Shown: in pieces, positions 9,059-19,289 of the stretch
Layout: each line of letters starts with the position of its first letter
Numbering within the stretch: position 1 is the stretch's first letter
Assembly (NCBI GenBank): GCA_963745835.1
Contig: CAVUZH010000015.1
Span: 32,001-96,000, forward strand
DNA from: an uncultured delta proteobacterium
Lineage (GTDB): Bacteria; Desulfobacterota; Binatia; UBA9968
Length of the DNA stretch: 64,000 bases
Reading direction: 5' to 3'
Program-made: the position numbers and the translations under genes
Notes under the pieces: model-generated
Told to the model about the DNA's origin: nothing
The model's database searches: none
Seen by the model: the letters and a program-made list of their open reading frames with translations, nothing else

Positions 9059-10141
9059 TTACGACAAGCCGTAAAATTTCCGCGGGTTGTCCTCGACTAT
9101 TTTTCGGTGCATCTCGGCACTGATGCCGCCGCTCTCCTTCAATGTCGAAAGCGCCGATAGCTCGGTAGAAGAATCGGCATGGCCATAGTCCGTGCCGATC
9201 ATCAGGGTATTCTCGCCCATGCAGCTTTTGATCAGATAGGGCACGTCGTCACCGATCTGACAGGTTACGAAGATGCCGGAGCGTTCCAAAATATCATCCG
9301 GCAACTTGCTATTCCGTGTATCGAGACGGCGGCGCAACTCATAAATTACCCAGGGCACCCATGACGCCGCGGTCTCGATGAAGCCGAAACGAAGCTCAGG
9401 AAAAGTTTTTGGGATACCCGCGTTCATGATGCGAAATAATGCGCCGACATTAAAAATTCGGTACTGATTGAAAAAGTCACGGCTGCCGTCAGGATTGACC
9501 ATCATGTCCACGGCCGCCGCGCTGCCATTGGCTTGGTGCAGTCCAATGCAGAAATCGATCTTCTGTGCCTGTTCATACAAAGGGAAGAAATACGGGTCGG
9601 TGATCTGGCGTGTCCCCTCAAGCGGTCGCATGAAAATTCCGCACGCGCCGTTCTCCTTGGCAAATTTCAATTGATCGAGCGCGTCGGGCATGCTCAGCAG
9701 CGGCAGGGTGCACATCCATCGCAAACGCCCTTCGCTTTGCTTCCAGACATCCGCCAACCAACGATTGTAAGCGCCGCATAAAGCGACGTCGGTATCCGGT
9801 CTTTCCGTGCACTGATCAAGAAAGATGCTCGGGTAAAGAACCTGCACGTCGATACCAAGCTCATTCATGTGCTTTAGCCGCGCCGAGACATCGGCGAGAT
9901 CACGGGTCGCCATTGTGGTAGCCATATCGCGGCCGATTTCGGCGGATTTTCTCTCCAGATCTTCTTTGCTGAACGTGAAGCGAAACAAGCCGCGAATTTT
10001 ACCGTCAATCACCCAGTGAGCTCTTTGCGTGTCGCCCTCGGGTTTAAACAACATCGGGCGATATCTACTTTCCGAAGGAGTGAGATAATCCCACGTATGG
10101 GGACTTTCGACCACATGAGCATCTGCGTCTATCCATCCCAT
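9059..10141 (-). CDS. Amidohydrolase family protein (amidohydrolase_2 / decarboxylase-like)
   Basis: IDADAHVVE, AYNRWL and GTDYGHAD motifs. Confidence 0.9.
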   Translation of the reverse strand: MGWIDADAHVVESPHTWDYLTPSESRYRPMLFKPEGDTQRAHWVIDGKIRGLFRFTFSKEDLERKSAEIGRDMATTMATRDLADVSARLKHMNELGIDVQVLYPSIFLDQCTERPDTDVALCGAYNRWLADVWKQSEGRLRWMCTLPLLSMPDALDQLKFAKENGACGIFMRPLEGTRQITDPYFFPLYEQAQKIDFCIGLHQANGSAAAVDMMVNPDGSRDFFNQYRIFNVGALFRIMNAGIPKTFPELRFGFIETAASWVPWVIYELRRRLDTRNSKLPDDILERSGIFVTCQIGDDVPYLIKSCMGENTLMIGTDYGHADSSTELSALSTLKESGGISAEMHRKIVEDNPRKFYGLS

Positions 10142-10163
10142 AAGGCAACTCCTTAAAGCAATT

Positions 10164-10194
10164 TTTTGGATTTTCGATTTTGGATTTTAGATTG
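10164..10194. repeat. 7-bp periodic tandem repeat (ATTTTGG/ATTTTCG/ATTTTAG)
   Basis: ttttgg-attttcg-attttgg-attttag-attg, just upstream of the amidohydrolase RBS. Confidence 0.7.
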
Positions 10195-10264
10195 AAACTC
10201 AACCCGCGATGCCCGGCTTTCGAATTGTATCTTCTTGCTCGCGCCACGCGTCAAGCCACTCGCC

Positions 10265-11029
10265 TCAATGAAGCACCGCCCCGCCGTTTACCAGTATCGT
10301 TTGTCCGGTCACAAACGTGCTTAAGTCCGATAATAGATAAAGAGCGGTGCCAACCAGGTCTTCCGGCTGCTCGATCCGTTTGAGAATCCTCGTCGATGCC
10401 GAGCGCTGGTAATTCTTCAACGCCTCATCGCTGGCTCTTTCCTCGCTCATGGTGGCGCCGGGCGCCAGAGTATTGACGCGAATATTGTCAGCGCCGAGCT
10501 CGCGCGCCAGCACCCGGCTGAAACCAACCACCGCCGCTTTCGAGGTGACATAATGCATCATCGTAAGTCCGCCGTTGAACGCCATGTTCGAGGAAATATT
10601 GACGATGCTTCCCTGCTTTCGCTGCTGCATAGCTGGCACCACCGCGCGGCTGGTTAACCACAACCCTTTGACATTGACGGCCATGACCCGGTCCCATTCG
10701 CATTCGTCGATGTCTTGCCAGCCGCCTTTGGTTACTGGCACACTCATGAAAATCGCGGCATTGTTGATCAGTCCATCGATTTTACCGAAGCTCTCCAGCG
10801 CTATCTTCACCATCTCCGAGCAGCTTGCCGAATTTGCCACATCGACTTGCACGCTTAGGGCTTTACCGCCGCTATCCGCAATTGCCTTTGCAACGCCTTC
10901 GGCGGCAGCACCATTGATATCAGCTACAACGACTGCCCCGCCTTCTTTAGCGATGCTCTGACAGTAAGCCCGGCCGATGCCATTGCCGCCGCCCGTGACC
11001 ACAACAACCTTTTCGTCCATTAAACCCAT
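10265..11029 (-). CDS. Short-chain dehydrogenase/reductase
   Basis: TGGGNGIG, NNAA and YVTSK motifs. Confidence 0.95.
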   Translation of the reverse strand: MGLMDEKVVVVTGGGNGIGRAYCQSIAKEGGAVVVADINGAAAEGVAKAIADSGGKALSVQVDVANSASCSEMVKIALESFGKIDGLINNAAIFMSVPVTKGGWQDIDECEWDRVMAVNVKGLWLTSRAVVPAMQQRKQGSIVNISSNMAFNGGLTMMHYVTSKAAVVGFSRVLARELGADNIRVNTLAPGATMSEERASDEALKNYQRSASTRILKRIEQPEDLVGTALYLLSDLSTFVTGQTILVNGGAVLH

Positions 11030-11298
11030 ATTCTTGACCTCTGGTGATCCAGAACTCTCGCTATCATCGCATCATGACAACTGTCAACAACGGCTGGCAC
11101 AAGGATCACCTGGAATGAAGATCCTCGTCTGTCGCGAGCCGTAAGCGTAAACTAAACAACCATATAGACAGCAAAAGCGGATTTGCGATAATCACGCAGG
11201 AAAACACGGTCGTTAGCGAATGACTGCCGGAAACATCACTATGTAGCCGTGTTCTGTGGTATGAACAACAGGAAGACAACGGACCAGGAGGTTCCCTG

Positions 11299-12294
11299 AT
11301 GAACAGCCGTTTAATTCATCTCCTATCATTCGGTTTGATTAGTTTTATTCTCGCCATGCCGCAACATCTTCAGGCAAAAAGCTACATCGCCTACATCTCC
11401 GACTCGACGAATTCTTCTGTAATTTACTGGATCGCCAAAGAGGCGGGTATCTTGAAAAAACATGGGCTTGATCTCGACCTGATTTTCATCAACGGCAGCG
11501 TCCGCGGTATCCAAAGCTTGATCGCCGGCGATTTAAGTTATAGCGGCGCCGTCGGCACCGCAGTGATCAACGCCAAACTGGCGGGAGCAGATATCGCAAT
11601 TATCCAGAGCCAGATGAATACGTTGCCTTACTTCATCATCGGCAATGCCAACATCAAGTCGCCTGAAGGTTTAAAAGGACGATCGGCGGCAGTGCACATT
11701 CCCGGAACCTCGGCGGATTTCGCCATGCGACTTGCCCTGTCTAAGGTCGGCATCCCCTACTCGGATATCAAAGCCGTTACGGTTGGCGGCGCACCGGCCC
11801 GGCTGGCCGCGGTCACGAACGGGCAGATGGATTTCACGGTCGTCACCGATGGCGAACGGATTCAAGGAGAAAAAATGGGGCTGAAAGTCATCATCGACAT
11901 GGCGAAGCTAAACGTGCCTTTTCAGTTTAACTGCAGCGTGACCACCCGTACAAAGATTCGCGACAATCCCGACGAAGTGCGGCGAGTCGTCTGGTCGATG
12001 GCGGAATCGATCCATTTTTTTAAGACTCGTAAAGAAGAGTCGATCAAGATCATGCAGAAGTACACACGCGGGTTACCTCGCCATGTCTTGGAAGGAGCTC
12101 ATGCGGCAAATTCCGAGCTGCTCGTCGAAGATACCTATCCGACTATCGATGGACTCAAAAATACCTTGGAGGTTCAGGCGGCGACCGATGCGCGCGCCGC
12201 CAAATTCAAGGCTGAAGATATGGTCGAGCTGCGTTTCGTTGACGAAATGAGAAAAAGCGGCTTTATCGATAAGCTCTACGGCCGAAAAAAGTAA
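11299..12294 (+). CDS. NitT/TauT-family ABC substrate-binding protein
   Basis: Signal peptide; WIAKEAG..KKHGLD and C-terminal FVDEMRKSGFIDKLY pattern. Confidence 0.9.
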   Translation: MNSRLIHLLSFGLISFILAMPQHLQAKSYIAYISDSTNSSVIYWIAKEAGILKKHGLDLDLIFINGSVRGIQSLIAGDLSYSGAVGTAVINAKLAGADIAIIQSQMNTLPYFIIGNANIKSPEGLKGRSAAVHIPGTSADFAMRLALSKVGIPYSDIKAVTVGGAPARLAAVTNGQMDFTVVTDGERIQGEKMGLKVIIDMAKLNVPFQFNCSVTTRTKIRDNPDEVRRVVWSMAESIHFFKTRKEESIKIMQKYTRGLPRHVLEGAHAANSELLVEDTYPTIDGLKNTLEVQAATDARAAKFKAEDMVELRFVDEMRKSGFIDKLYGRKK

Positions 12295-12312
12295 CTTAGG
12301 TTACGTCACAGG

Positions 12313-13176
12313 ATGATCTTTCCTCAGGTCTCGGCCGCGGACGTTGCGGCGGTCGCCGCCCACTATGACGATCTCGATCTCTTCTATCGCACCATCTGGG
12401 GCACCCATGTTCATCATGGCTATTGGCGGACTGGAAAAGAAAGCACTGAAGAAGCGGTCGAGAATCTGACCCATCTCGTCGCCGATCGCGCCGGCATTAA
12501 ATCCGGGACTTGTGTTTGCGATATCGGCTGTGGCTATGGCGGATCGGCGAAAATTTTCGCCGAGGATTACGGCGCCCGGGTCATCGGAATTACTGTTTCA
12601 AAAAAACAATACGAGCTCGCCCAAGTATTCCATGCCGGTTTAGCCGATGTCGATTTCATGAATTGTGACGGGCTTGCTAACGGCTTGCCAGCCGGGGCCT
12701 TTGACGCAGTGGTTTCTGTGGAAAGTTCTGAGCACATGCAGGATAAAGCGGCATTTTTCGCCGAAGTCAGCCGCTTATTGCGTCCGGGCGGGCGATTTGT
12801 CGTAGTAGCCTGGTTAGCACGAGAGCAACCTGGCGCAGCCGAGACGAAGTATTTGCTGGAGCCCATCTGCGCCGAAGGAAGGCTCCCGAGTATGGCTTCG
12901 GCACGGGAATATGAGCACATGCTTGTCGCTGCCGGTTTTCAAGATCTTGGATTCGAAGACTTAACTCGCAAAGTGAAAAAAACCTGGCGCATCTGCGCGC
13001 TACGCTGCTTGACGAGAGTCAGCAGTCATCAATTTTTGCGGCAACGCTTTCTTGATTCGACGTTTCCCAATCGAGTGTTCGCAAAAACCGTATTGCGCAT
13101 CTGGCTGGCCTATACCGTGGGCAGTATGCGTTATGGGCTTTTCTCCGGACGTAAACCCTGGGTCGATAAGTTATAA
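12313..13176 (+). CDS. Class I SAM-dependent methyltransferase (tocopherol/sterol MT-like)
   Basis: WGTHVHHGYW, DIGCGYGG and ESSEHM motifs. Confidence 0.9.
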   Translation: MIFPQVSAADVAAVAAHYDDLDLFYRTIWGTHVHHGYWRTGKESTEEAVENLTHLVADRAGIKSGTCVCDIGCGYGGSAKIFAEDYGARVIGITVSKKQYELAQVFHAGLADVDFMNCDGLANGLPAGAFDAVVSVESSEHMQDKAAFFAEVSRLLRPGGRFVVVAWLAREQPGAAETKYLLEPICAEGRLPSMASAREYEHMLVAAGFQDLGFEDLTRKVKKTWRICALRCLTRVSSHQFLRQRFLDSTFPNRVFAKTVLRIWLAYTVGSMRYGLFSGRKPWVDKL

Positions 13177-13244
13177 CTTGTGATCTCCAGCAAAGCGAAG
13201 CTAACCGTCAATCAAACGAACCATTGAATTTTTAAAGGAACTTT

Positions 13245-13787
13245 ATGGCGCGGGTACGCTTAATCGATGAAAGGGATGCGACCGAGCATTCCGACTTAAT
13301 CCGCAAAATCAAGGGAGCGCGCGGCGGCCGGCTCATCAACATCTATCGTCTGATGATGCATAGTCCATCGCTCGCCAGCGCCTGGTTCGATCTAAATCAG
13401 GCGGTACGCTATGGCACGGAGATCGACGGACAAAGCCGCGAAATCGCGGTAATCCGGGTTGCCGTTCTGAACGATGTCGAGTATGTGTTGCGTGCCCACG
13501 GGCCGGCTTATGCATTGAAGGAAGGGCTCACACCGTCGCAGGTGGAGGCCTTGGCTGATTGGCAGAAATCGGATCTATTCAGTGGCAAACAACGCGCCCT
13601 GCTCGCTTATACGGATGCGATCACCCGTGATATCGATGTGCCTGACGCAGTGTTCGATGAAGTAAGGACTCATTTCACAGAACGTCAGACGGTCGAGCTG
13701 ACGTTGCTGATCAGCGCATATAACATGTTGACCCGATTTCTTAAAGCGCTGAAGGTCGATCCGGAACCTGCTTCCGAAACAAGCTAA
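13245..13787 (+). CDS. Carboxymuconolactone decarboxylase/AhpD-like family protein
   Basis: HSP.LA, REIAVIRVA, EY...H and YNMLTRFL pattern. Confidence 0.85.
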   Translation: MARVRLIDERDATEHSDLIRKIKGARGGRLINIYRLMMHSPSLASAWFDLNQAVRYGTEIDGQSREIAVIRVAVLNDVEYVLRAHGPAYALKEGLTPSQVEALADWQKSDLFSGKQRALLAYTDAITRDIDVPDAVFDEVRTHFTERQTVELTLLISAYNMLTRFLKALKVDPEPASETS

Positions 13788-13792
13788 GCTCG

Positions 13793-14884
13793 ATGGCGTC
13801 TCCTCGTCCGATTATTGTTGTCGAAGATGATCGTTTTCTCCGGCTGGTTCAGATCATCCTCGATCCAGCGACCCCCACCGAACGACTCTCGGCTTTCACT
13901 CACTTCATGGCGCACGACGAACCGGATTTTAAAGGTTGGTGTCAACGCCTGCGGACACGGCTCGGCAAACTTTATCCGGCCGAGGTTCGCCTGGTGGCGG
14001 ATCAAGGCGATCTCCATTCAAATCTTTTAGGCGCCAATGTCGCAATCGTCGAGAGTTTTCCAATGGCGGAGAAAGAAATTCTGGCTGCAGGTGGCTCGGT
14101 TCAAATCGTTCAAAAGTACGGCACCATTGCGACTCGCATCGACGTGGCTACCTGCCAACGATTGGGCGTACGCTTGCTTACAATCAGACGCCGGGCAAAT
14201 ATCGCCACCGCGGAACAAGCCTTCGCTTTGATTCTCGCCCTCGCTCGGAGGATAACCGACACGGCCAACCTGATCAGCGTGACCCAGTTGCGCAGCGCCG
14301 GTTATTCACCGACGCACTTCGATAGAAGCCAAACTCCAAATGGAAATTGGGCGCGCATCAATCGCTTGCGAACTCTCTACCAACAACAGTTGGGAGTGGT
14401 GGGTTTTGGTGAAATCGGTAGAGAAGTCGCGCAGCGAGCCGCCGCTTTCGGCATGCGCGTTGTTTACTGGCAGCGCCACCGGTTGGATAGAGCCGAGGAG
14501 GATCGATATCAGGTTAACTATTGCAGCCTGGACGAGCTGCTTGCGACTTCAGATTGCATCAGCCTGCATATGCCCGGTGGAGAAGGAACACGAGGCATTA
14601 TCAGCCGGCGCGAGCTAGGCATGATCAAGCCCGGAGCTTTGCTGATCAACGTTTCGCAACCTCAGCTGATCGATCGTGCGGCGCTGATCCAAGCTCTCGC
14701 CGCAGGACGGCTAAGTGGTTTCGGCCTGGATACTTTTTACGATGAGCCCGGCCAAGCGCACGACCCGCTTCTCGGCTTCCGCAATGTGCTCATCACCCCG
14801 CATCTCGCCGGCTCGCCGCGGTTCAACGCTCTCCGAGATTTTGAAGAGATGCTCATTAATATCGATCAGGTGCTGAGGCTATAG
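13793..14884 (+). CDS. D-isomer-specific 2-hydroxyacid dehydrogenase family protein
   Basis: GVVGFGEIG, SLHMP, LDTFYDEP and TPHLAG motifs. Confidence 0.9.
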   Translation: MASPRPIIVVEDDRFLRLVQIILDPATPTERLSAFTHFMAHDEPDFKGWCQRLRTRLGKLYPAEVRLVADQGDLHSNLLGANVAIVESFPMAEKEILAAGGSVQIVQKYGTIATRIDVATCQRLGVRLLTIRRRANIATAEQAFALILALARRITDTANLISVTQLRSAGYSPTHFDRSQTPNGNWARINRLRTLYQQQLGVVGFGEIGREVAQRAAAFGMRVVYWQRHRLDRAEEDRYQVNYCSLDELLATSDCISLHMPGGEGTRGIISRRELGMIKPGALLINVSQPQLIDRAALIQALAAGRLSGFGLDTFYDEPGQAHDPLLGFRNVLITPHLAGSPRFNALRDFEEMLINIDQVLRL

Positions 14885-15238
14885 GATAGGGCACCAGCCA
14901 TCCTGCTGATCCGATTTTGGGCAAAGATGCGCTGTGATAAGAAATACTGCGGAGCCGAATTATTCGAGCGATACTATACGCATTGAATGAGTTGACCTGA
15001 TGGCATTCTGTTTAATAGTTGCAACGTTTTTTGCTTGCCATGCCGCAAGGTTGGTTCCATCTAAAATAAGATTGTTCACGGTGCGCAGCGCTAAACATAT
15101 GATCATCTCATTTGCCGATTGGCAAATCTTTAGAAGGCAAACGTGCTGTGCAGGCCACATTGGATCACGCCGCGCAGCAACCCAAACGATAATAGAAGTT
15201 TCGTTTCACAATTTATTGCACGACACGGAGGCTTTTCG

Positions 15239-16291
15239 ATGGCAATCTCGCTCGTTAATTGCAGGTCAGAGTTTTCCATGACTCACTGGAACAGGTTTCA
15301 TCACGCCTGGATGTTCGCGCTGGGGCTCGTCCTTTCAACTCTTTGTGTTAACCCTCCCTCTCACGCTCAGGAGGGACGACGGCTTCGCGCCGGCTACACG
15401 TCGCTTTCGGGAAATATGTTGCCGCTGTGGGCTGCGCGGGAGGGCGGCTATTTCAAAAAACACGGGCTCGAATTCGATCTGATTTCAATGCCGAGCGGCA
15501 ACGAGGGAATGAGCGCATTGATCGCCGGTGAATTGGAATTCCTGGCCATCGCTGGAAGCACGACCGCATCGGCCGCCATCGGCGGCGCCGATGTCGTCGC
15601 CCTTGGCACAACGGTCGAGCGTCTGGTTGCGTTTCTTGTTGCCGCGCCGTCGATACAGAAGCCGGAAGATCTCAAAGGAAAGTCGGTGGGTATCAGCCGC
15701 TTCGGCACCTCCATCGATACCGGCGCGCGGTTGGCGATTCAGCACTATGGCCTTGAACCGATCAAGGATGTCTCGATTGTGCAAATCGGCGCTGTCGCAT
15801 CGATTCTGAGCGCCATGCGCGGCGGCCGTATTCAAGCGGCGATTCTAACTTACCCTTCGATCATACAAGCCCGGCGCGAAGGTTATCGTGAATTACTGGA
15901 CATCGCCTCGCTCGGGATGCCCTATGCCTCCACTGGAATTACCGTCCGGCGCAGTTACATGCAACAGCGCCGGGATCTGGTGACTAACTATGTCAGAGCG
16001 ATCGTCGAATCCATCGCGCGCGTGAAAAAAGACAAAGCGTTTGCTGTCGATGTCATGAGCAAGTACCTGCGCACCACCGACAAGGAGGTGCTGGAAGGAA
16101 CCTACGACATTTCTGTGACGAAGTATCTCAAGCGGGTTCCTTTACCGACACTCGAAGCTTTCCGTTCCGTGGTGGACGAGCTGGCGCAGGTCAACCCCAA
16201 GGCAAAGGGACAAGACCCGAAAAAATTCTACGATGACAGCATCCTAAGAGAACTAGAAAAGAGCGGGTTCATCAGCGCGCTGGGTAGTTGA
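15239..16291 (+). CDS. NitT/TauT-family ABC substrate-binding protein
   Basis: GGAGG RBS before ATG 15239; LWAAREGGYFKKHGL, DLKGK.VGISRFG and ELEKSGFI. Confidence 0.9.
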   Translation: MAISLVNCRSEFSMTHWNRFHHAWMFALGLVLSTLCVNPPSHAQEGRRLRAGYTSLSGNMLPLWAAREGGYFKKHGLEFDLISMPSGNEGMSALIAGELEFLAIAGSTTASAAIGGADVVALGTTVERLVAFLVAAPSIQKPEDLKGKSVGISRFGTSIDTGARLAIQHYGLEPIKDVSIVQIGAVASILSAMRGGRIQAAILTYPSIIQARREGYRELLDIASLGMPYASTGITVRRSYMQQRRDLVTNYVRAIVESIARVKKDKAFAVDVMSKYLRTTDKEVLEGTYDISVTKYLKRVPLPTLEAFRSVVDELAQVNPKAKGQDPKKFYDDSILRELEKSGFISALGS

Positions 16292-16298
16292 TAGCAAC

Positions 16299-16334
16299 CG
16301 TTCAATGTTCAAGGGTTCAAACGTTCAAGGTCAA
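16299..16334. repeat. GTTCAA periodic repeat cluster
   Basis: cgttcaa-tgttcaa-gggttcaa-acgttcaa-ggtcaa, immediately after the stop codon. Confidence 0.7.
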
Positions 16335-16459
16335 ATAACGGAGTAGCCGCGTTCTTTGTGTCGCTATGGCGCGAGGTATGCATATGGGGAGCCGAACCCA
16401 GATAAGTTTCCACAGCCCAACCTTTCACTCCAACTTTCCGCTTTGATATTTGTCCCAGG

Positions 16460-17278
16460 TTAGAAGTACATCCCGGGGTCGCCACTGGCGCGCGGAAGCG
16501 GCGAGACGATTGCGAAGAGAAATTTCAATGTCCAGTTTGCGATTGCGGCGAGGATGAAGATGAATAGCAATAACGAATACATATCGGCGATACGGAATTG
16601 GCCGTAATACTCGACGATCATGAAACCCAATCCCGCTTTGGCGATCTTGGTTTCCGCCAGGAGCGCGCCGGTCACCGCCGCCCCCATGCCAAGTCTTATG
16701 CCGGTAAAGACCTGACCGGCGATGGCGGGTAAATAAACGTGGGTTGCGATTTGCAGCGCGCTTGCGCCCGCGGTGCGCGCAACGTCAACGTAAACTTTCT
16801 TGACTTCGCGCATACCGGCAATCGTCAGCAGCGAAATCGGAAAGAACGCCGCGATAGCGCCCACCGCAAGCTTGGAGTGAACGTCAATTCCCAGAAACAA
16901 AATGAAAACGGGAAAGATCACGATCTTGGGGACCACCGCGGCATAAAGGATCAACGGTTCGACGATTTCCAGCCAACTGCGCCGGCTACCCCAAACAATC
17001 CCGAGTGGGATGGCGGTAAGCATCGCCAATGCGAGCGCGCCGCCGACTTCATAAAAACTGGCTTTGAGGTGCGGCAACAGCAGCGGTGTGGTGACGAATC
17101 GCCAGAGAGATTGCAGAATTTCGAGCATAGGCGGGAACAGTTCGTCAAAGAGGATGCCGGTGCGGCCGATGAATTCCCAAATCGCGATGACGACGACGAG
17201 GGTCAGCGCTTGAACGCTAAATGGCGTTTGGATCTGCGCTGCGAACAAAGTGCTGTTTGGCCGCCGGTTCATCATCAT
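16460..17278 (-). CDS. NitT/TauT ABC permease
   Basis: Multiple TM segments; EAA-like loop DVARTAGAS; in an operon with SBP and ATPase. Confidence 0.9.
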   Translation of the reverse strand: MMMNRRPNSTLFAAQIQTPFSVQALTLVVVIAIWEFIGRTGILFDELFPPMLEILQSLWRFVTTPLLLPHLKASFYEVGGALALAMLTAIPLGIVWGSRRSWLEIVEPLILYAAVVPKIVIFPVFILFLGIDVHSKLAVGAIAAFFPISLLTIAGMREVKKVYVDVARTAGASALQIATHVYLPAIAGQVFTGIRLGMGAAVTGALLAETKIAKAGLGFMIVEYYGQFRIADMYSLLLFIFILAAIANWTLKFLFAIVSPLPRASGDPGMYF

Positions 17279-17347
17279 TCTTGATTGAAAATCGTCCGAA
17301 TTCGCGACGTCAACTCCTAGCCCTGAGATTCCGCGAGGTGTCTATGG

Positions 17348-18061
17348 CTATTTCCGAATGAAAACCTCAAGACGATTGATCGCATAAAGAAATACAATTG
17401 AGAGCACGATCGTCCCCAACAACCCCGCATACACCTCTTCAACTTCGAATTTGAAAGCCGCGTCGGACAGCCACATGCCGACGCCGCCAACCTGCGCAAC
17501 GTATTCGAGACCGAGAACGGATTTTAGAATGTAAGTGAGCGCCAGTCTAAAGCCACTGAAAATTGCCGGCGCAACGGCGGGAACGAGAATATACCGAAAC
17601 ATCTGCTTGCGATTCAGGTTCATGCTGGCGCCGACCTGAAGCAAGATCGGATTGACGTTCTGGAAGGCTCCTTTGGTGTTGATTATGATCGGAATCAACC
17701 CGAAAATCGAAGAAAGCGCGACCACTGCTGCGCTGGTCCGGCCGAAGGTGACGAGAAATATCGGATAGGCAAGAATCACCGGCGAAGAGAACAGCGCGGC
17801 GAGAAACATCTCGTAACTATTGCCGATCAGTTTGTATCGCCAGAGTAAGAACCCGGCGAAGACTCCAACCATCGTCGCGATACACAAGCACGCGGCGATC
17901 TCGAAGATAGTAATGCCGGTCAGCCGGAGCGCATTGCCGTGGGCGATCTGCTCCCACAGCACGATCAATGCCCGCGTGGGAGCGGCGAGAAAGAAACTGC
18001 TGATCCATCCCAGTCGCACCGCGGACTCGGCGATGACGACCACACCTAAGATAATCCCCAA
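17348..18061 (-). CDS. NitT/TauT ABC permease
   Basis: Multiple TM segments; IFSGFRLA; start uncertain. Confidence 0.9.
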   Translation of the reverse strand: MGIILGVVVIAESAVRLGWISSFFLAAPTRALIVLWEQIAHGNALRLTGITIFEIAACLCIATMVGVFAGFLLWRYKLIGNSYEMFLAALFSSPVILAYPIFLVTFGRTSAAVVALSSIFGLIPIIINTKGAFQNVNPILLQVGASMNLNRKQMFRYILVPAVAPAIFSGFRLALTYILKSVLGLEYVAQVGGVGMWLSDAAFKFEVEEVYAGLLGTIVLSIVFLYAINRLEVFIRK

Positions 18062-18269
18062 ACGCCAAGCGTTCAGTCTCGTGCTTTCGGGCGTAAGAAA
18101 CTCCGTTCGTTCAAGCTAAAACGTTCAAGCCGTTCTATCGCGAGCAGAACCCCGCCACAGATCTGCAAGGAACGGGATTGCTCCAACAACTCAGCTTGAA
18201 CGGAAAATAGTCGATCTTTCGACCTCCAAACATTGTCCTGAGCTTAGTCGAGGGAGTCATCTGCGAACT

Positions 18270-19280
18270 CTAAGGCAAGAAGCTCAAGTCAATCAGGCTC
18301 TTGATCTCCGCTTCGGTCAGCGGCTGCGTCAAAAATTTGTTCCTGATGCCATCTTCGATGGTGGCCTGCAGGCCGCGAATCGGTTTCAGTGTCATAGCCG
18401 CACGATTGTAATAGTCCCAGGTTTTGAGCACGGCGGCCTCCGGATATTTCATCTCGGCGCGACGTATCCAGATCTTCGCCGTGTCCTCTTTGTGTTCGAA
18501 CATATAATCGAGGGCGCGTTGTTGGGCTCGAAAAAAGCCGCGAACGGCGTCAGGATTTTTCGCGGCAAAATCGTTATTGAGGAAATGCACCCGGGGAGTG
18601 ATTTCTCTCATCGCCGTGATTTCGTCGCCTTTTACAACGACGCGCAGCACGCCTTTCTCCACGAGGTCCAATTGAAACGGCGCCACCGACCACCCGGCGT
18701 CGGTTTGCCCGGTGCGCACGGCGGTATAAACCTCGGGTATGCCGCCTAGTGAAACCGGTTCGGCCGGTTTGAGTCCTTTGGCCTTGATCTGATCCGCAAT
18801 GGCGAGCACCGCCATGTGGCTCGACGCGCCGGGACGGCTGTAGGCAATTTTCTTACCGGCAAGATCTTCCATCTTGCGGATCGCAGTATTGCTCTGTACG
18901 TACCAAAAGGCGTCCATGCCGGTGATCTCAGCGGCGGCGATCGTGATCGGGGCTTTCTTCACGAAAGCGCTGATCACGGCTAGCGTCCCCGTGCCCAATC
19001 CTATCTGAGCATCGCCTGAGACGACTGCTTGGACGTTCTCACCGCCGCCGCGCGTGAAAACAGCATCGACGTCGATATTGTTTTCTTTGTAGAAACCTTT
19101 TTCTTGAGCGACGTAAATCGGCAGCGCGACCGTAAACAGTATCCGATGAGGAACCACGACGATGATTTTGGTGCGCGCCGCGGCGGCCCATGAAGAAGAA
19201 GTCACTCCGAAAAGAATGAGCAGGACCAATAAACCTAAGAAGACATTTTGTCTTACAACTGACAGTCGCTTCTTCATCAC
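18270..19280 (-). CDS. NitT/TauT ABC substrate-binding protein
   Basis: Signal peptide; YVAQEKGFYKE and DLAGKKIAYSRPG. Confidence 0.9.
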   Translation of the reverse strand: MMKKRLSVVRQNVFLGLLVLLILFGVTSSSWAAAARTKIIVVVPHRILFTVALPIYVAQEKGFYKENNIDVDAVFTRGGGENVQAVVSGDAQIGLGTGTLAVISAFVKKAPITIAAAEITGMDAFWYVQSNTAIRKMEDLAGKKIAYSRPGASSHMAVLAIADQIKAKGLKPAEPVSLGGIPEVYTAVRTGQTDAGWSVAPFQLDLVEKGVLRVVVKGDEITAMREITPRVHFLNNDFAAKNPDAVRGFFRAQQRALDYMFEHKEDTAKIWIRRAEMKYPEAAVLKTWDYYNRAAMTLKPIRGLQATIEDGIRNKFLTQPLTEAEIKSLIDLSFLP

Positions 19281-19289
19281 TTGACCTCC

